This document shows, one piece after another, positions 41,215 through 52,865 of a DNA stretch of 64,000 nucleotides. The notes beneath the pieces were generated by a model. The model saw only the letters and a program-made list of their open reading frames with translations. It had not been told where the DNA came from and searched no databases. The DNA comes from Bugula neritina (Eukaryota > Animalia > Bryozoa): positions 18,749,081 through 18,813,080 of the forward strand of contig OZ037766.1 of NCBI GenBank assembly GCA_964035545.1, in the 5' to 3' direction. How positions within the stretch are numbered: position 1 is the stretch's first letter; every line of letters starts with the position of its first letter. Both the position numbers and the translations under genes were made by a program.

Positions 41215-44200
41215 TTGCAGTATATTTCAGTATGTTGCAGTATTTTGCAATATATTTCAAATGTTACAGTGTATTTCAGTATGTTGCAGTATATTGAGGT
41301 GTATTTCAGTAGTTTGCAACATATATCAGTAGGTTACCATATATTTTGGTGTGTTGCAGTATATTTCAATGTGTTGCAGTGTATTTCAATATGTTACAGT
41401 GTATTTCGGTATGTTGCAGTATGTTCTAGTATGTTACAGTGTATTTCAGTATGTCGCAGTGTATTTCAGTGTGTTACAGTATATTTCAGTATGTTACAGC
41501 ACATTTCTTTATATTACACTATATTTCAGTGAGTTGCAGTGTAGTTCAGTATGTTACATTGTATTTCAGTATGTTGCAGTGTTGTTCAATTTGTTACAGT
41601 ACATTTCAGTATATTACCAAAAATTTAAGTATGTTAAAGTTTATTCCGATTTGTTGCAGTGTATTTCAGTATGTTAGAGTGTATTTCAGTATGTTGCAGT
41701 ATTTTGCAATATATTTCAAATGTTACAGTGTATTTCAGTATGTTGCAGTATATTTCAGTATGATACAATAAGTTTCAGTATGTTGGAGTATATTTCAGTG
41801 GGTTACAGTATATTTCAGTATGATACAGTGCGTTTTGGTGCGTTACAGTATATTTCAGTATGATACAGCGTATTTCAGTATGTTTCAGTGTATTTCAGTA
41901 TGCTTCAATATTTTTAAGTATATTTCAGTATGTTGAAGTATATTTTAGTATGCTGCAGTGTAATTCAGTATGTTGCAGTATATTTCAGTAGTTTGCAACA
42001 TATTTCTGTAGGTTACCATATATTTCGGTACGTTGCAGTATATTTCAATGTGTTGCAGTGTATTTCAATATGTTACAGTGTATTTCGGTATGTTGCAGTA
42101 TGTTGCAGTATGTTACAGTGTATTTCAGTATGTTGCAGTGTATTTCAGTGTGTTACAGTGTATTTCAGTATGTTACAGCACATTTCTTTATATTACACTA
42201 TATTTCAGTGAGTTGCAGTGTAGTTCAGTGTGCTACAGCATATCTCAGTATGCTGCAGTGTTTTTCAATTTGTTACAGTATATTACAGTATATTACCGTA
42301 TATTTAAGTATGTCAAAGTTTATTCCGATGTGTTGCAGTGTATTTCAGTATGTTGCAGTGTATTTCAGTATGTTGCAGTATGTTGCAGCATATTTCAGTA
42401 GGTTACAGCGTATTTCAGTATGTTGCAGTGTATTTCAGTGTGTTACAGCATAATATTTCAGTATGTTAGAGTACACTTCCGTAAATTACGCTATACTTCA
42501 GTGAGTTGTAGTCTATTTCAATGTCTTGCAGTATATCTCAGTATGTTACATTATATTTCAACATGTTGCGGTATATTTCAGTGTGTTACAGTATATTTCA
42601 TTATGTTACAGTGCATTTCCAGATATTACACTATACTTCAGTGAGTTTTAGTGTCTTTCAGTATGTTGCAGTATATTTCGGTATCTTGCAACATATTTCA
42701 ATGTGTTGCAATGTATTTCAATATGTTACAGTGTATTTCAGTATGTTGCAGCATGTGGCAGTGTATTTCAGTATGTTACAGTGTATTTCAGTAGGTTACA
42801 ATATCTTGCAGTATATTTCAGTGTGTTGCACTATATTTCAGTATGTTGCAGTATATTATTTCAGTGGGTTACAGTATATTCCAGTATGTTGCAGTATGTT
42901 GCAGTATATTTCAGTAGTTTGCAACATATTTCTGTAGGTTACCATATACTTCGGTATGTTGCAGTATATTTCAATGTGTTGCAGTGTATTTCAATATGTT
43001 ACAGTGTATTTCAGTATGTTGCAGTATGTTCTAGTATATTTCAGTATGTTACAGTGTATTTCAGTTTGTTGCAGTATATTTCAGTATGTTACAGTGTATT
43101 TCAGTATGTTGCAGTGTATTTCAGTGTGTTACAGTATATTTCAGTATGTTACAGTACATTTCCGTAAATTACACTATACTTCAGTGAGTTGTAGTATATT
43201 TCAGTATCTTGCAGTATATCTCAGTATGACACAGTATATTCCAGCATGTTGCAGTATATTTCAGTGTGTTACATTATATTTCATTATGTTACAGTGCATT
43301 TCCAGATATTACACTATACTTCAGTGAGTTTTAGTGTCTTTCAGTATGTTGCAGTATATTTCGGTATCTTGCAACATATTTCATTGTGTTGCAATGTATT
43401 TCAATATGTTACAGTGTATTTCAGTATGTTGCAGTATGTTGCAGTGTATTTCAGTATGTTACAGTGTATTTCAGTAAGTTTCAATATCTTGCAGTATATT
43501 TCAGTATGTTGCAGTATATTTCAGTAGTTTGCAACATATCTCAGTAGGTTACCATATATTTCGGTATGATGCAGCATATTTCAGTATGTTACAGTGTATT
43601 TCAGTATGTTGCAGTATCTTGCAGTGGGTTATAGTATATTTCAGTATGATACAGCGTAGTTCAGTATGTTGCAATGTTTTTCAATATGTTGCAGTATATT
43701 TAAGTATGTTGCAGTATGTTTCAGTGGGTTACAGTGTATTTCAGTATGTTGCAGTATGTTGCAGTGTATTTCAGTATGTTACGGTGTGTTTCAGTATGTT
43801 TCAAAATTTTTAGGTATATTTCAGTATGTTGAAGTATATTTTAGTATGTTGCAGTGTAATTCGGTATGTTGTCGTATGTTTTAGTATTTTACAGTACATT
43901 TCTGTATATTACAGTATACATCAGTGTGTTGCAGTGTACTTCAGTATGTTGTGGTGTGTTTCAATGTGTTACAGTATATTTCAGTAGTTTACCATATAAT
44001 TCGGTATGTTGCAGTATATTTCAATGTGGTGCACTATATTTCATTATGATACTGTGTATTTCAGTATGTTGTAGTATGTTGCAATGTATTTCAGTATGTT
44101 GCAGTGTATTTCAGTATGTTGCAGTATATTTCAGTATGATCCAATAAATTTCAATATGTTGGAGTATATTTAAGTGGGTTACGGTATATTTCAGTATGAT

Positions 44201-44702
44201 ACAGTGCATTTCGGTGCGTTACAGTATATTTCAGTATGTCACAGCGTATTTCAGTATTTTACAGTGCATTTCAGTATGTTTCAATATTTGTAGGTATATT
44301 TCAGTATGTTGAAGTATATTTTAGTATGTTGCAGTGTAATTCAGTATGTTGCAGTATATTTCAGTGTGTTGCACTATATTTCAGTATGTTGCAGTATATT
44401 ATTTCAGTGGGTTACAGTATATTCCAGTATGTTGCAGTATGTTGCAGTATATTTCAGTAGTTTGCAACATATTTCTGTAGGTTACCATATATTTCGGTAT
44501 GTTGCAGTATATTTCAATGTGTTGCAGTGTATTTCAATATGTTACAGTGTATTTTGGTATGTTGCAGTATGTTACAGTGTATTTCAGTATGTTGCAGTGT
44601 ATTTCAGTGTGTTACAGTATTTTTCAGTATGTTGTAGCACATTTCTTTATATTACACTATGTTTCAGTGAGTTGCAGTGTAGTTCAGTGTGTTACAGTAT
44701 AA

Positions 44703-47390
44703 TATTTCAGTATGTTGCAGTATATTTCAGTGTGTTATAGTTTATTTCAGTATGATACAGTGTATTTCACTATGTTGCAGTATATTTCAGTATGTTACAG
44801 TACATTTCTTTATATTACCCTATATTTCAGTGAGTTGCAGTGTAGTTCAGTGTGCTACAGCATATTTCAGTATGTTGCAGTGTTTTTTCAATTTGTTACA
44901 GTATATTTCAGTATACTACCATATATTTAAGTATGTTAAACTTTATTCGAATGTGTTGCCGTGTATTTCAGTATGTTACAGTGTATTTCAGTATGTTGCA
45001 GTATTTTGCAATATATTTGAAATGTTACAGTGTATTTCAGTATGTTGCAGTATATTTCAGTGAGATACAATAAGTTTCGGTATGTTGGAGTATATTTCAG
45101 TGGTTTACAGTATATTTCAGTATGATACAGTGCATTTCGGTTCGTTACAGTATATTTCAGTATGATACAGCGTATTTCAGTATGTTTCAGTGTAGTTCAG
45201 TATTCTTCAATATTTTTAAGTATATTTCAGTATGTTGAAGTATATTTTAGTATGTTGCAGTGTAATTCAGTATGTTGCAGTATATTTCAGTATGTTGTCA
45301 TATGTTTCGGTATTTTACAGGACATTTCTGTATATTACAGTATACTTCAGTGTGTTGCAGTGTATTTCAGTATGCTGCGATATGTTTAAATGTGTTACAG
45401 TATATCTCAGTAGTTTACCATATATTTCGGTATGTTGCAGTATATTTCAATGTGTTGCACTGCATTTCAATATGTTACAGTATCCTTCATTTTGTTGCAG
45501 TATGTTGCAGTATATTTCAGTACTTTGCAAGATATCTCAGTAGGTTACCATATATTTCGATATGATGCAGCATATTTCAGTATGTTACAGTGTATTTTAG
45601 TATGTTGCAGTATCTTGCAGTGGGTTATAGTATATTTCAGTATGATACAGCGTAGTTCAGTATGTTGCAATATTTTTCAATATGTTGCAGTATATTTAAG
45701 TATGTTGCAGTATGTTTCAGTGGGTTACAGTATATTTCATTATGTTGCAGTATGTTGCAGTATCTTGCAGTGGGTTATAGTATATTTCAGTATGATACAG
45801 CGTAGTTCAGTATGTTGCAATGTTTTTCAATATGTTGCAGTATATTTAAGTATGTTGCAGTATGTTTCAGTGGGTTACAGTGTATTTCAGTATGTTGCAG
45901 TATGTTGCAGTGTATTTCAGTATGTTATGGTGTGTTTCAGTATGTTTCAAAATTTTTATGTATATTTCAGTATGTTGAGGTATATTTTAGTATGTTGCAG
46001 TGTAATTCAGTATGTTGTCGTATGTTTTAGTATTTTACAGTACATTTCTGTATATTACAGTATACATCAGTGTGTTGCAGTGTACTTCAGTATATTGCGG
46101 TGTGTTTCAATGTGTTACAGTATATTTCAGTAGTTTACCATATAATTTGGTATGTTGCAGTATATTTCAATGTGGTGCACTATATTTCAATATTTTACTG
46201 GGTATTTCAGTATGTTGTAGTATGTTGCAATGTATTTCAGTATGTTGCAGTGTATTTCAGTATGTTGCAGTATATTTCAGTATGATACAATAAATTTCAA
46301 TATGTTAGAGTATATTTAAGTGGGTTGCAGTATATTTCAGTATGATACAGTGCATTTCGGTGCGTTACAGTATATTTCAGTATGTCACAGCGTATTTCAG
46401 TATTTTACAGTGCATTTCAGTATGTTTCAGTATTTCTAGGTATATTTCAGTATGCTGAAGTATATTTTAGTATGTTTCAGTGTAATTCAGTATGTTGCAG
46501 TATATTTCAGTATGTTGTCGTATGTTTCAGTTTTTTACAGGACATTTCTGTATAATACGGTATACTTCAGTGTGTTGCAGTGTATTTCACTATGCTGTGG
46601 TATGTTTCAATGTGGTACAGTATATTTCAGTAGTTTACCATATACTTCGGTATGTTGCAGTGTATTTCAATGTGTTGCACTGTATTTCAATATGTTACAG
46701 TATATTTCAGTATGTTGCAGTATATTTCAGTGGGTTATAGTTTATTTCAGTATGATACAGTGTAATTCACTATGTTGCAGTATATTTCAGTATGTTACAG
46801 TGTATTTCAGTATGTTGCAGTGTATTTCAGCGTGTTACAGTATATTTCAGTATGTTACAGTACATTTCCGTAAATTACACTATACTTCATTGAGTTGTAG
46901 TATATTTCAGTATCTTGCAGTATATCTCAGTATGTTACAGTATATATCAGCATGTTGCAGTATATTTCAGTGTGTTACATTATATTTCATTATGTTACAG
47001 TGCATTTCCAGATATTACACTACACTTCAGTGAGTTTTAGTGTCTTTCAGTATGTTGCAGTATATTTCGGTATCTTGCAACATATTTCAATGCGTTGCAA
47101 TGTACTTCATTATGTTACAGTGTATTTCAGTATGTTGCAGTATGTTGCAGTGTATTTCAGTATGTTACAGTGTATTTCAGTAGGTTTCAATATCTTGCAG
47201 TATATTTCAGTATGTTGCAGTATATTTCCGTATGTTGCAAAATATTTCAGTGGGTTACAGTATATTCCAGTATGTTGCAGTATATTTCAGTAGTTTGCAA
47301 CATATTTCAGTAGGTTACCATATATTTCGGTATGTTGCAGCATATTTCAATCTGTTGCTTTGCTTTCAGTATGTTGCAGTATATTTCAGT
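44703..47390 (+). repeat. Further non-adjacent copy of most of the 3029-bp unit (offset 6159 from the second copy)
   Basis: ORF offsets 39003/45162, 40293/46452, 40936/47095. Shared markers include ACTTTATTCGAATG and GTTGCTTTGCTTTCAG. Confidence 0.85.
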
Positions 47391-49474
47391 GGGTTATAGT
47401 ATATTTCAGTATGATACAGCGTAGTTCAGTATGTTGCAGTGTTTTCAATATGTTGCAGTATACTTAAGTATGTTGCAGTATGTTTCAGTGGGTTACAGTA
47501 TATTTCATTATGTTGCAGTATATTGAGGTATATTTCAGTAGTTTGCAACATATTTCAGTAGGTTACCATATATTTTGGTATGTTGCAGTATATTTCAATG
47601 TGTTGCAGTGTATTTCAATATGTTACAGTGTATTTCGGTATGTTGCAGTATGTTGCAGTATGTTACAGTGTATTTCAGTATGTCGCAGTGTATTTCAGTG
47701 TGTTACAGTATATTTCAGTATGTTACAGCACATTTCTTTATATTACACTATATTTCAGTGAGTTGCAGTGTAGTTCAGTGTGCTACAGCATATCTCAGTA
47801 TGTTGCAGTGTTTTTCAATTTGTTACAGTATATTTCAGTATATTACCGTATATTTAAGTATGTCAAAGTTTATTCCGATGTGTTGCAGTGTATTTCAGTA
47901 TGTTACAGTGTATTTTAGTATGTTGCAGTATTTTGCAATATATTTCAAATGTTACAGTGTATTTCAGTATGTTGCAGTATATTTCAGTATGATACAATAA
48001 ATTTCAGTATGTTGAAGTATATTTCAGTGGGTTACAGTATATTTCAGTATGATACAGTGCATTTCGGTGCGTTACAGTATATTTCAGTATGATACAGCGT
48101 ATTTCAGTATGTTTCAGTTTATTTCAGTATACTTCAATATTTTTAGGTATATTTCAGTATGTTGAAGTATATTTTAGTATGTTGCAGTGTAATTCAGTAT
48201 GTTGCAAAAGATTTCAGTATATTGTCGTATGTTTTAGTATTTTACAGTACATTTCTGTATATTACAGTATACCTCTGTGTGTTGCAGTGTACTTCAGTAT
48301 GTTGCGGTGTGTTTCAATGTGTTACAGTATATTTCAGTAGTTTACCATATATTTCGGCATGTTGCAGTATATTTCAATGCGGTGCACTGTATTTCAATAT
48401 GTTGCTGTGTATTTCAGTATGTTGTAGTATGTTGCAGTGTATTTCAGTATGTTGCAGTGTATTTCAGTATGTTGCAGTATGTTGCAGCATATTTCAGTAT
48501 GTTACAGCGTATTTCAGTATGTTGCAGTGTACTTCAGTGTGTTACAGTATAATATTTCAGTATGTTAGGGTACACTTCCGTAAATTACACTATACTTCAG
48601 TGAGTTGTAGTCTATTTCAGTATCTTGCAGTATATCTCAGTATGTTACAGTATATTTCAGCATGTTGCGGTAAATTTCAGTGTGTTACAGTATATTTCAT
48701 TGTGTTACAGTGCATTTCCAGATATTACACTATACTTCAGTGAGTTTTAGTGTCTTTCAGTATGTTGCAGTATATTTCGGTATCTTGCAACATATTTCAT
48801 TGTGGTGCACTGTATTTCAATATGTTACTGTGTACTTCAGTATGTTGTAGTATGTTGCAGTGTATTTCAGTATGTTGCAGTGTATTTCAGTATGTTGCAG
48901 TATGTTCTAGTATATTTCAGTATGTTGCAGTGGATTTCAGTATGTTGCAGTGTATTTCAGTGTGTTACATTATATTTCAGTATGTTACAGTATATTTCTT
49001 TATATTACACTATATTTCAGTGAGTTGCAGTGTAGTTCAGTGTGCTACAGCATATTTCAGTATGTTGCAGTGTTTTTCAATTTGTTACAGTACATTTCAG
49101 TATATTACCGTAAATTTAAGTATGGTAAAGTTTATTCCGATGTGTTGCAGTGTGTTTCAGTATGTTACAGTGTATTTCAGTATGTTGCAGTATTTTGCAA
49201 TATATTTCAAATGTTACAGTGTATTTCAGTATGTTGCAGTATATTTCAGTATGATACAATAAGTTTCAGTTTGTTGGAGTATATTTCAGTGGGTTACAGT
49301 ATATTTCAGTACGATACAGTGCGTTTCGGTGCGTTACAGTATATTTCAGTATGATACAGCGTATTTCAGTATGTTTCAGTGTATTTCAGTATGCTTCAAT
49401 ATTTTTAAGTATATTTCGGTATGTTGAAGTATATTTTAGTGTGTTGCAGTGTAATTCAGTATGTTGCAGGATAT

Positions 49475-50230
49475 CACAGGATAGTTAAGGGCAACCTTGT
49501 ACCTGCAACTGCCTTGCTGAGGTTTGCATTGTAATCGTATAAGAATTCAGTACCAGTAAAATAAAATCTCACCTAATTGTGCTAGAGTCAAAATTTAAAA
49601 ACTATGTTGTAGATCTTGTTTTTCCCCAGTGCCACCTTTTTGGAAATTTCAATTTTCATTTTTTTTGCAAAGTTATAGACAAAAATCTGCCCAATTTTGG
49701 CCAATTTTGCCTGAAAAGCTGACTTTTCAGTACCAGTAAAATATCTCAGCAGCAAAACATGATATCTGAATAAAAATTGCACTGCTGGAATCCTGAGATA
49801 TTTTTCCAGTGCACCTTTTTTTCATTTTCCAATAACTCTGCTAGATTGCCCATAAATTGGTGATTTATACACTGAAAATGCCATATTTTTTCATAAGAAA
49901 CTAGCAGCGCGCAGTGCTTCACGCTTCAATGAGCATCTAGGGATGAGAAGATATTGGCGCGTACATGCTAATTATAGGCTTGCTAGCTGGCAGACTATAA
50001 TGAATAGCTTGCTTTGTACTTTGTTCATGTAGCACCCATAATGGAATGTTGATAGATAACGCAGCCCTAATGAATGTTGCTGCTCATTGGCTGTAGTTTA
50101 ATCTTAAGTTAAACAAATGCAAGTAGGCAACACGCATGCCACCCGCAGAGCCATATTATTCAAGAACCTGAACTACATTTTGAAAGAAATTTATGATATT
50201 CTTAGTGAGGATGCCCTTAACTATCCTGTG
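49475..50230. mobile_element. 756-bp non-autonomous TIR DNA transposon (MITE-like), CAC termini, 2-bp TSD (AT); probably CMC/EnSpm(CACTA)-type; copy 1
   Basis: Non-satellite insert bounded by CACAGGATAGTTAAGGGCA (49475-49493) and its exact reverse complement TGCCCTTAACTATCCTGTG (50212-50230); 22/23 match if extended. AT flanks both sides (49473-49474 and 50231-50232), whereas the empty paralogous site at 57441-57470 has a single AT. No transposase ORF. The superfamily is inferred only from the CAC termini and the short TSD. Confidence 0.93.
49546..49880. repeat. Diverged ~180-bp internal direct repeat within the MITE (also 52181-52515 in copy 2)
   Basis: TTCAGTACCAGTAAAATA occurs at 49546 and 49726; CCAGTG(C)CACCTTTTT at ~49626 and ~49806; a TGCCCA...TTGG...CTGAAAA motif occurs in both halves. 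Confidence 0.75.
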
Positions 50231-52109
50231 ATTTCAGTATGTTGTCGTATGTTTCAGTGTTTTACAGGACATTTCTGTATATTACAGTATACTTCAGTGT
50301 GTTGCAGTGTATTTGAGTATGCTGCGATATGTTTAAATGTGTTACAGTATATTTCAGTAGTTTACCATATATTTCGGTATGTTGCAGTATATTTCAATGT
50401 GTTGCACTGCATTTCAATATGTTACAGTATATTTTATTTTGTTGCAGTATGTTGCAGTATATTTCAGTAGTTTGCAACATATCTCAGTAGGTTACCATAT
50501 ATTTCGGTATGATGCAGCATATTTCAGTATGTTACAGTGTATTTCAGTATGTTGCGGTATCTTGCAGTATATTTCAGTATGCTGCAGTCTGTTTCAGTAT
50601 ATTACAGTATATTCCAGGACTCTGCAGTAGGTTTCAGGGTGTTACAGTATATTTCATTATGTTGCAGTATGTTGCAGTATATTTCAGTAGTTTGCAACAT
50701 ATTTCTGTAGGTTACCATATATTTCGGTATGTTGCAGCATATTTCAATCTGTTGCAGTGTTTTCAGTATGTTGCAGTGTATTTCAGTGGGTTATAGTATT
50801 TTTCAGTATGATACAGCGTAGTTCAGTATGTTGCAAAGGTTTTCAATATGTTGCAGTATATTTAAGTATGTTGCAGTATGTTTCAGTGGGTTACAGTATA
50901 TTTCATTATGTTGCAGTATGTTGCAGTATATTTCAGTAGTTTGCAACATATTTCAGTAGGTTACCATATATTACGGTATGTTGCAGTATATTTCAATGTG
51001 TTGCAGCGTATTTCAATATGTTACAGTGTATTTCAGTATGTTGCAGTATGTTGCAGTGTATTTCAGTATGTTATGGTGCATTTCAGTATGTTGCAGTATC
51101 TTGCAGTATATTTCAGAATGTTGCAGTATATTTCAGTATGTTGCAGTATGTTGTAGTACTTTACAGTTCATTTCTGTATATTACAGTATACATCAGTATG
51201 TTGCAGTGTCCTTCAGTATGTTGCGGTGTTTTTCATTGTGTTACAGTATATTTCAGTAGTTTACCATACGTTTTGGTATGTTGCAGTATATTTCAATGTG
51301 ATGCACTGTATTTCAATATGTTACTGTGTACTTCAGTATGTTGTAGTATGTTGCAGTGTATTTCAGTATGTTGCAGTGTATTTCAGTGTGTTACAGTATA
51401 TTTCAGTATGTTACAGTACATTTCTTTATATTACACTATATTTCAGTGAGTTGCAGTGTAGTTCAGTGTGCTACAGCATATTTCAGTATGTTGCAGTGTT
51501 TTTCAATTTGTTACAGTATATTTCAGTATACTACCATATATTTAAGTATGTTAAAGTTTATTCCAATGTGTTGTCGTGTATTTCAGTATGTTACAGTGTA
51601 TTTCAGTATGTTGCAGTATTTTGCAATATATTTCAAATGTTACAGTGTATTTCAGTATGTTGCAGTATATTTCAGTATGATACAATAAGTTTCGGTATGT
51701 TGAAGTATATTTCAGTGGGTTACAGCATATTTCAGTATGATACAGTGCATTTCGGTTCGTTACAGTATATTTCAGTATGATACAGCGTATTTCAGTATGT
51801 TTCAGTGTATTTCTGTATGTTGCAGTGTTTTGCAATATATTTCAAATGTTACAGTGTGTTTCAGTGTGTTGCAGTATATTTCAGTATGATACAATAAGTT
51901 TCAGTATGTTGAAGTATATTTCAGTGGGTTACAGTATATTTCAGTATGATACAGTGCATTTCGGTGCGTTACAGTATATTTCAGTATGATACAGCGTATT
52001 TCAGTATGTTTCAGTGTATTTCAGTATGCTTCAATATTTTTAAGTATATTTCGGTATGTTGAAGTATATTTTAGTGTGTTGCAGTGTAATTCAGTATGTT
52101 GCAGGATAT
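50231..52109 (+). repeat. Same 10/20-bp satellite, segment between the two MITE copies
   Basis: The 10-bp CAG periodicity resumes immediately after the right TIR (ATTTCAGTATGTTGTCG...). Confidence 0.99.
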
Positions 52110-52865
52110 CACAGGATAGTTAAGGGCAACCTTGTACCTGCAACTGCCTTGCTGAGGTTTGCATTGTAATCGTATAAGAATTCAGTACCAGTAAAATAAA
52201 ATCTCACCTAATTGTGCTAGAGTCAAAATTTAAAAACTATGTTGTAGATCTTGTTTTTCCCCAGTGCCACCTTTTTGGAAATTTCAATTTTCATTTTTTT
52301 TGCAAAGTTATAGACAAAAATCTGCCCAATTTTGGCCAATTTTGCCTGAAAAGCTGACTTTTCAGTACCAGTAAAATATCTCAGCAGCAAAACATGATAT
52401 CTGAATAAAAATTGCACTGCTGGAATCCTGAGATATTTTTCCAGTGCACCTTTTTTTCATTTTCCAATAACTCTGCTAGATTGCCCATAAATTGGTGATT
52501 TATACACTGAAAATGCCATATTTTTTCATAAGAAACTAGCAGCGCGCAGTGCTTCACGCTTCAATGAGCATCTAGGGATGAGAAGATATTGGCGCGTACA
52601 TGCTAATTATAGGCTTGCTAGCTGGCAGACTATAATGAATAGCTTGCTTTGTACTTTGTTCATGTAGCACCCATAATGGAATGTTGATAGATAACGCAGC
52701 CCTAATGAATGTTGCTGCTCATTGGCTGTAGTTTAATCTTAAGTTAAACAAATGCAAGTAGGCAACACGCATGCCACCCGCAGAGCCATATTATTCAAGA
52801 ACCTGAACTACATTTTGAAAGAAATTTATGATATTCTTAGTGAGGATGCCCTTAACTATCCTGTG
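52110..52865. mobile_element. 756-bp non-autonomous TIR DNA transposon, copy 2 (made by tandem duplication with its flanks, not by a new transposition)
   Basis: No difference from copy 1 seen by eye at offset 2635. TIRs are at 52110-52128 and 52847-52865, AT TSD at 52108-52109 and 52866-52867. The flanks are identical, including the private GCAGGATAT variant on the left. Confidence 0.93.

Larger units (their letters stand above)
1..49474 (+). repeat. Satellite DNA array, 10-bp unit (CAGTATGTTG / CAGTATATTT variants, mostly a 20-bp dimer); continues beyond the left edge of the window
   Basis: CAG recurs every 10 bp throughout, with the consensus dimer CAGTATGTTGCAGTATATTT visible in nearly every line. 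Only rare -1/+1/+3/+5 indels shift the phase, and orientation is uniform. Confidence 0.99.

Noticed and set aside
49475-49500. RAG/Transib recombination-signal-like end (CACAG...), and CACAGTG heptamers at 2-8 and 13184-13190
   Set aside because: The TIR reads CACAGGA rather than CACAGTG, there is no nonamer at 12/23 spacing, and the TSD is 2 bp rather than 5 bp. The heptamers in the satellite are single-base variants of TACAGTG.
49588-49782. 64-aa - strand ORF inside the MITE (also 52223-52417)
   Set aside because: Short, runs across the AT-rich internal repeats, and shows no transposase or DNA-binding motif. This is expected by chance.
50117-50470. 117-aa ORF starting in the MITE (also 52752-53105)
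   Set aside because: It reads through the right TIR into stop-poor satellite, so it is a chance chimera.
52110-52865. Second independent transposition or site-specific targeting of the MITE
   Set aside because: Both copies have the same insertion point and the same private flank variants over ~2.5 kb, so this is one insertion duplicated passively.
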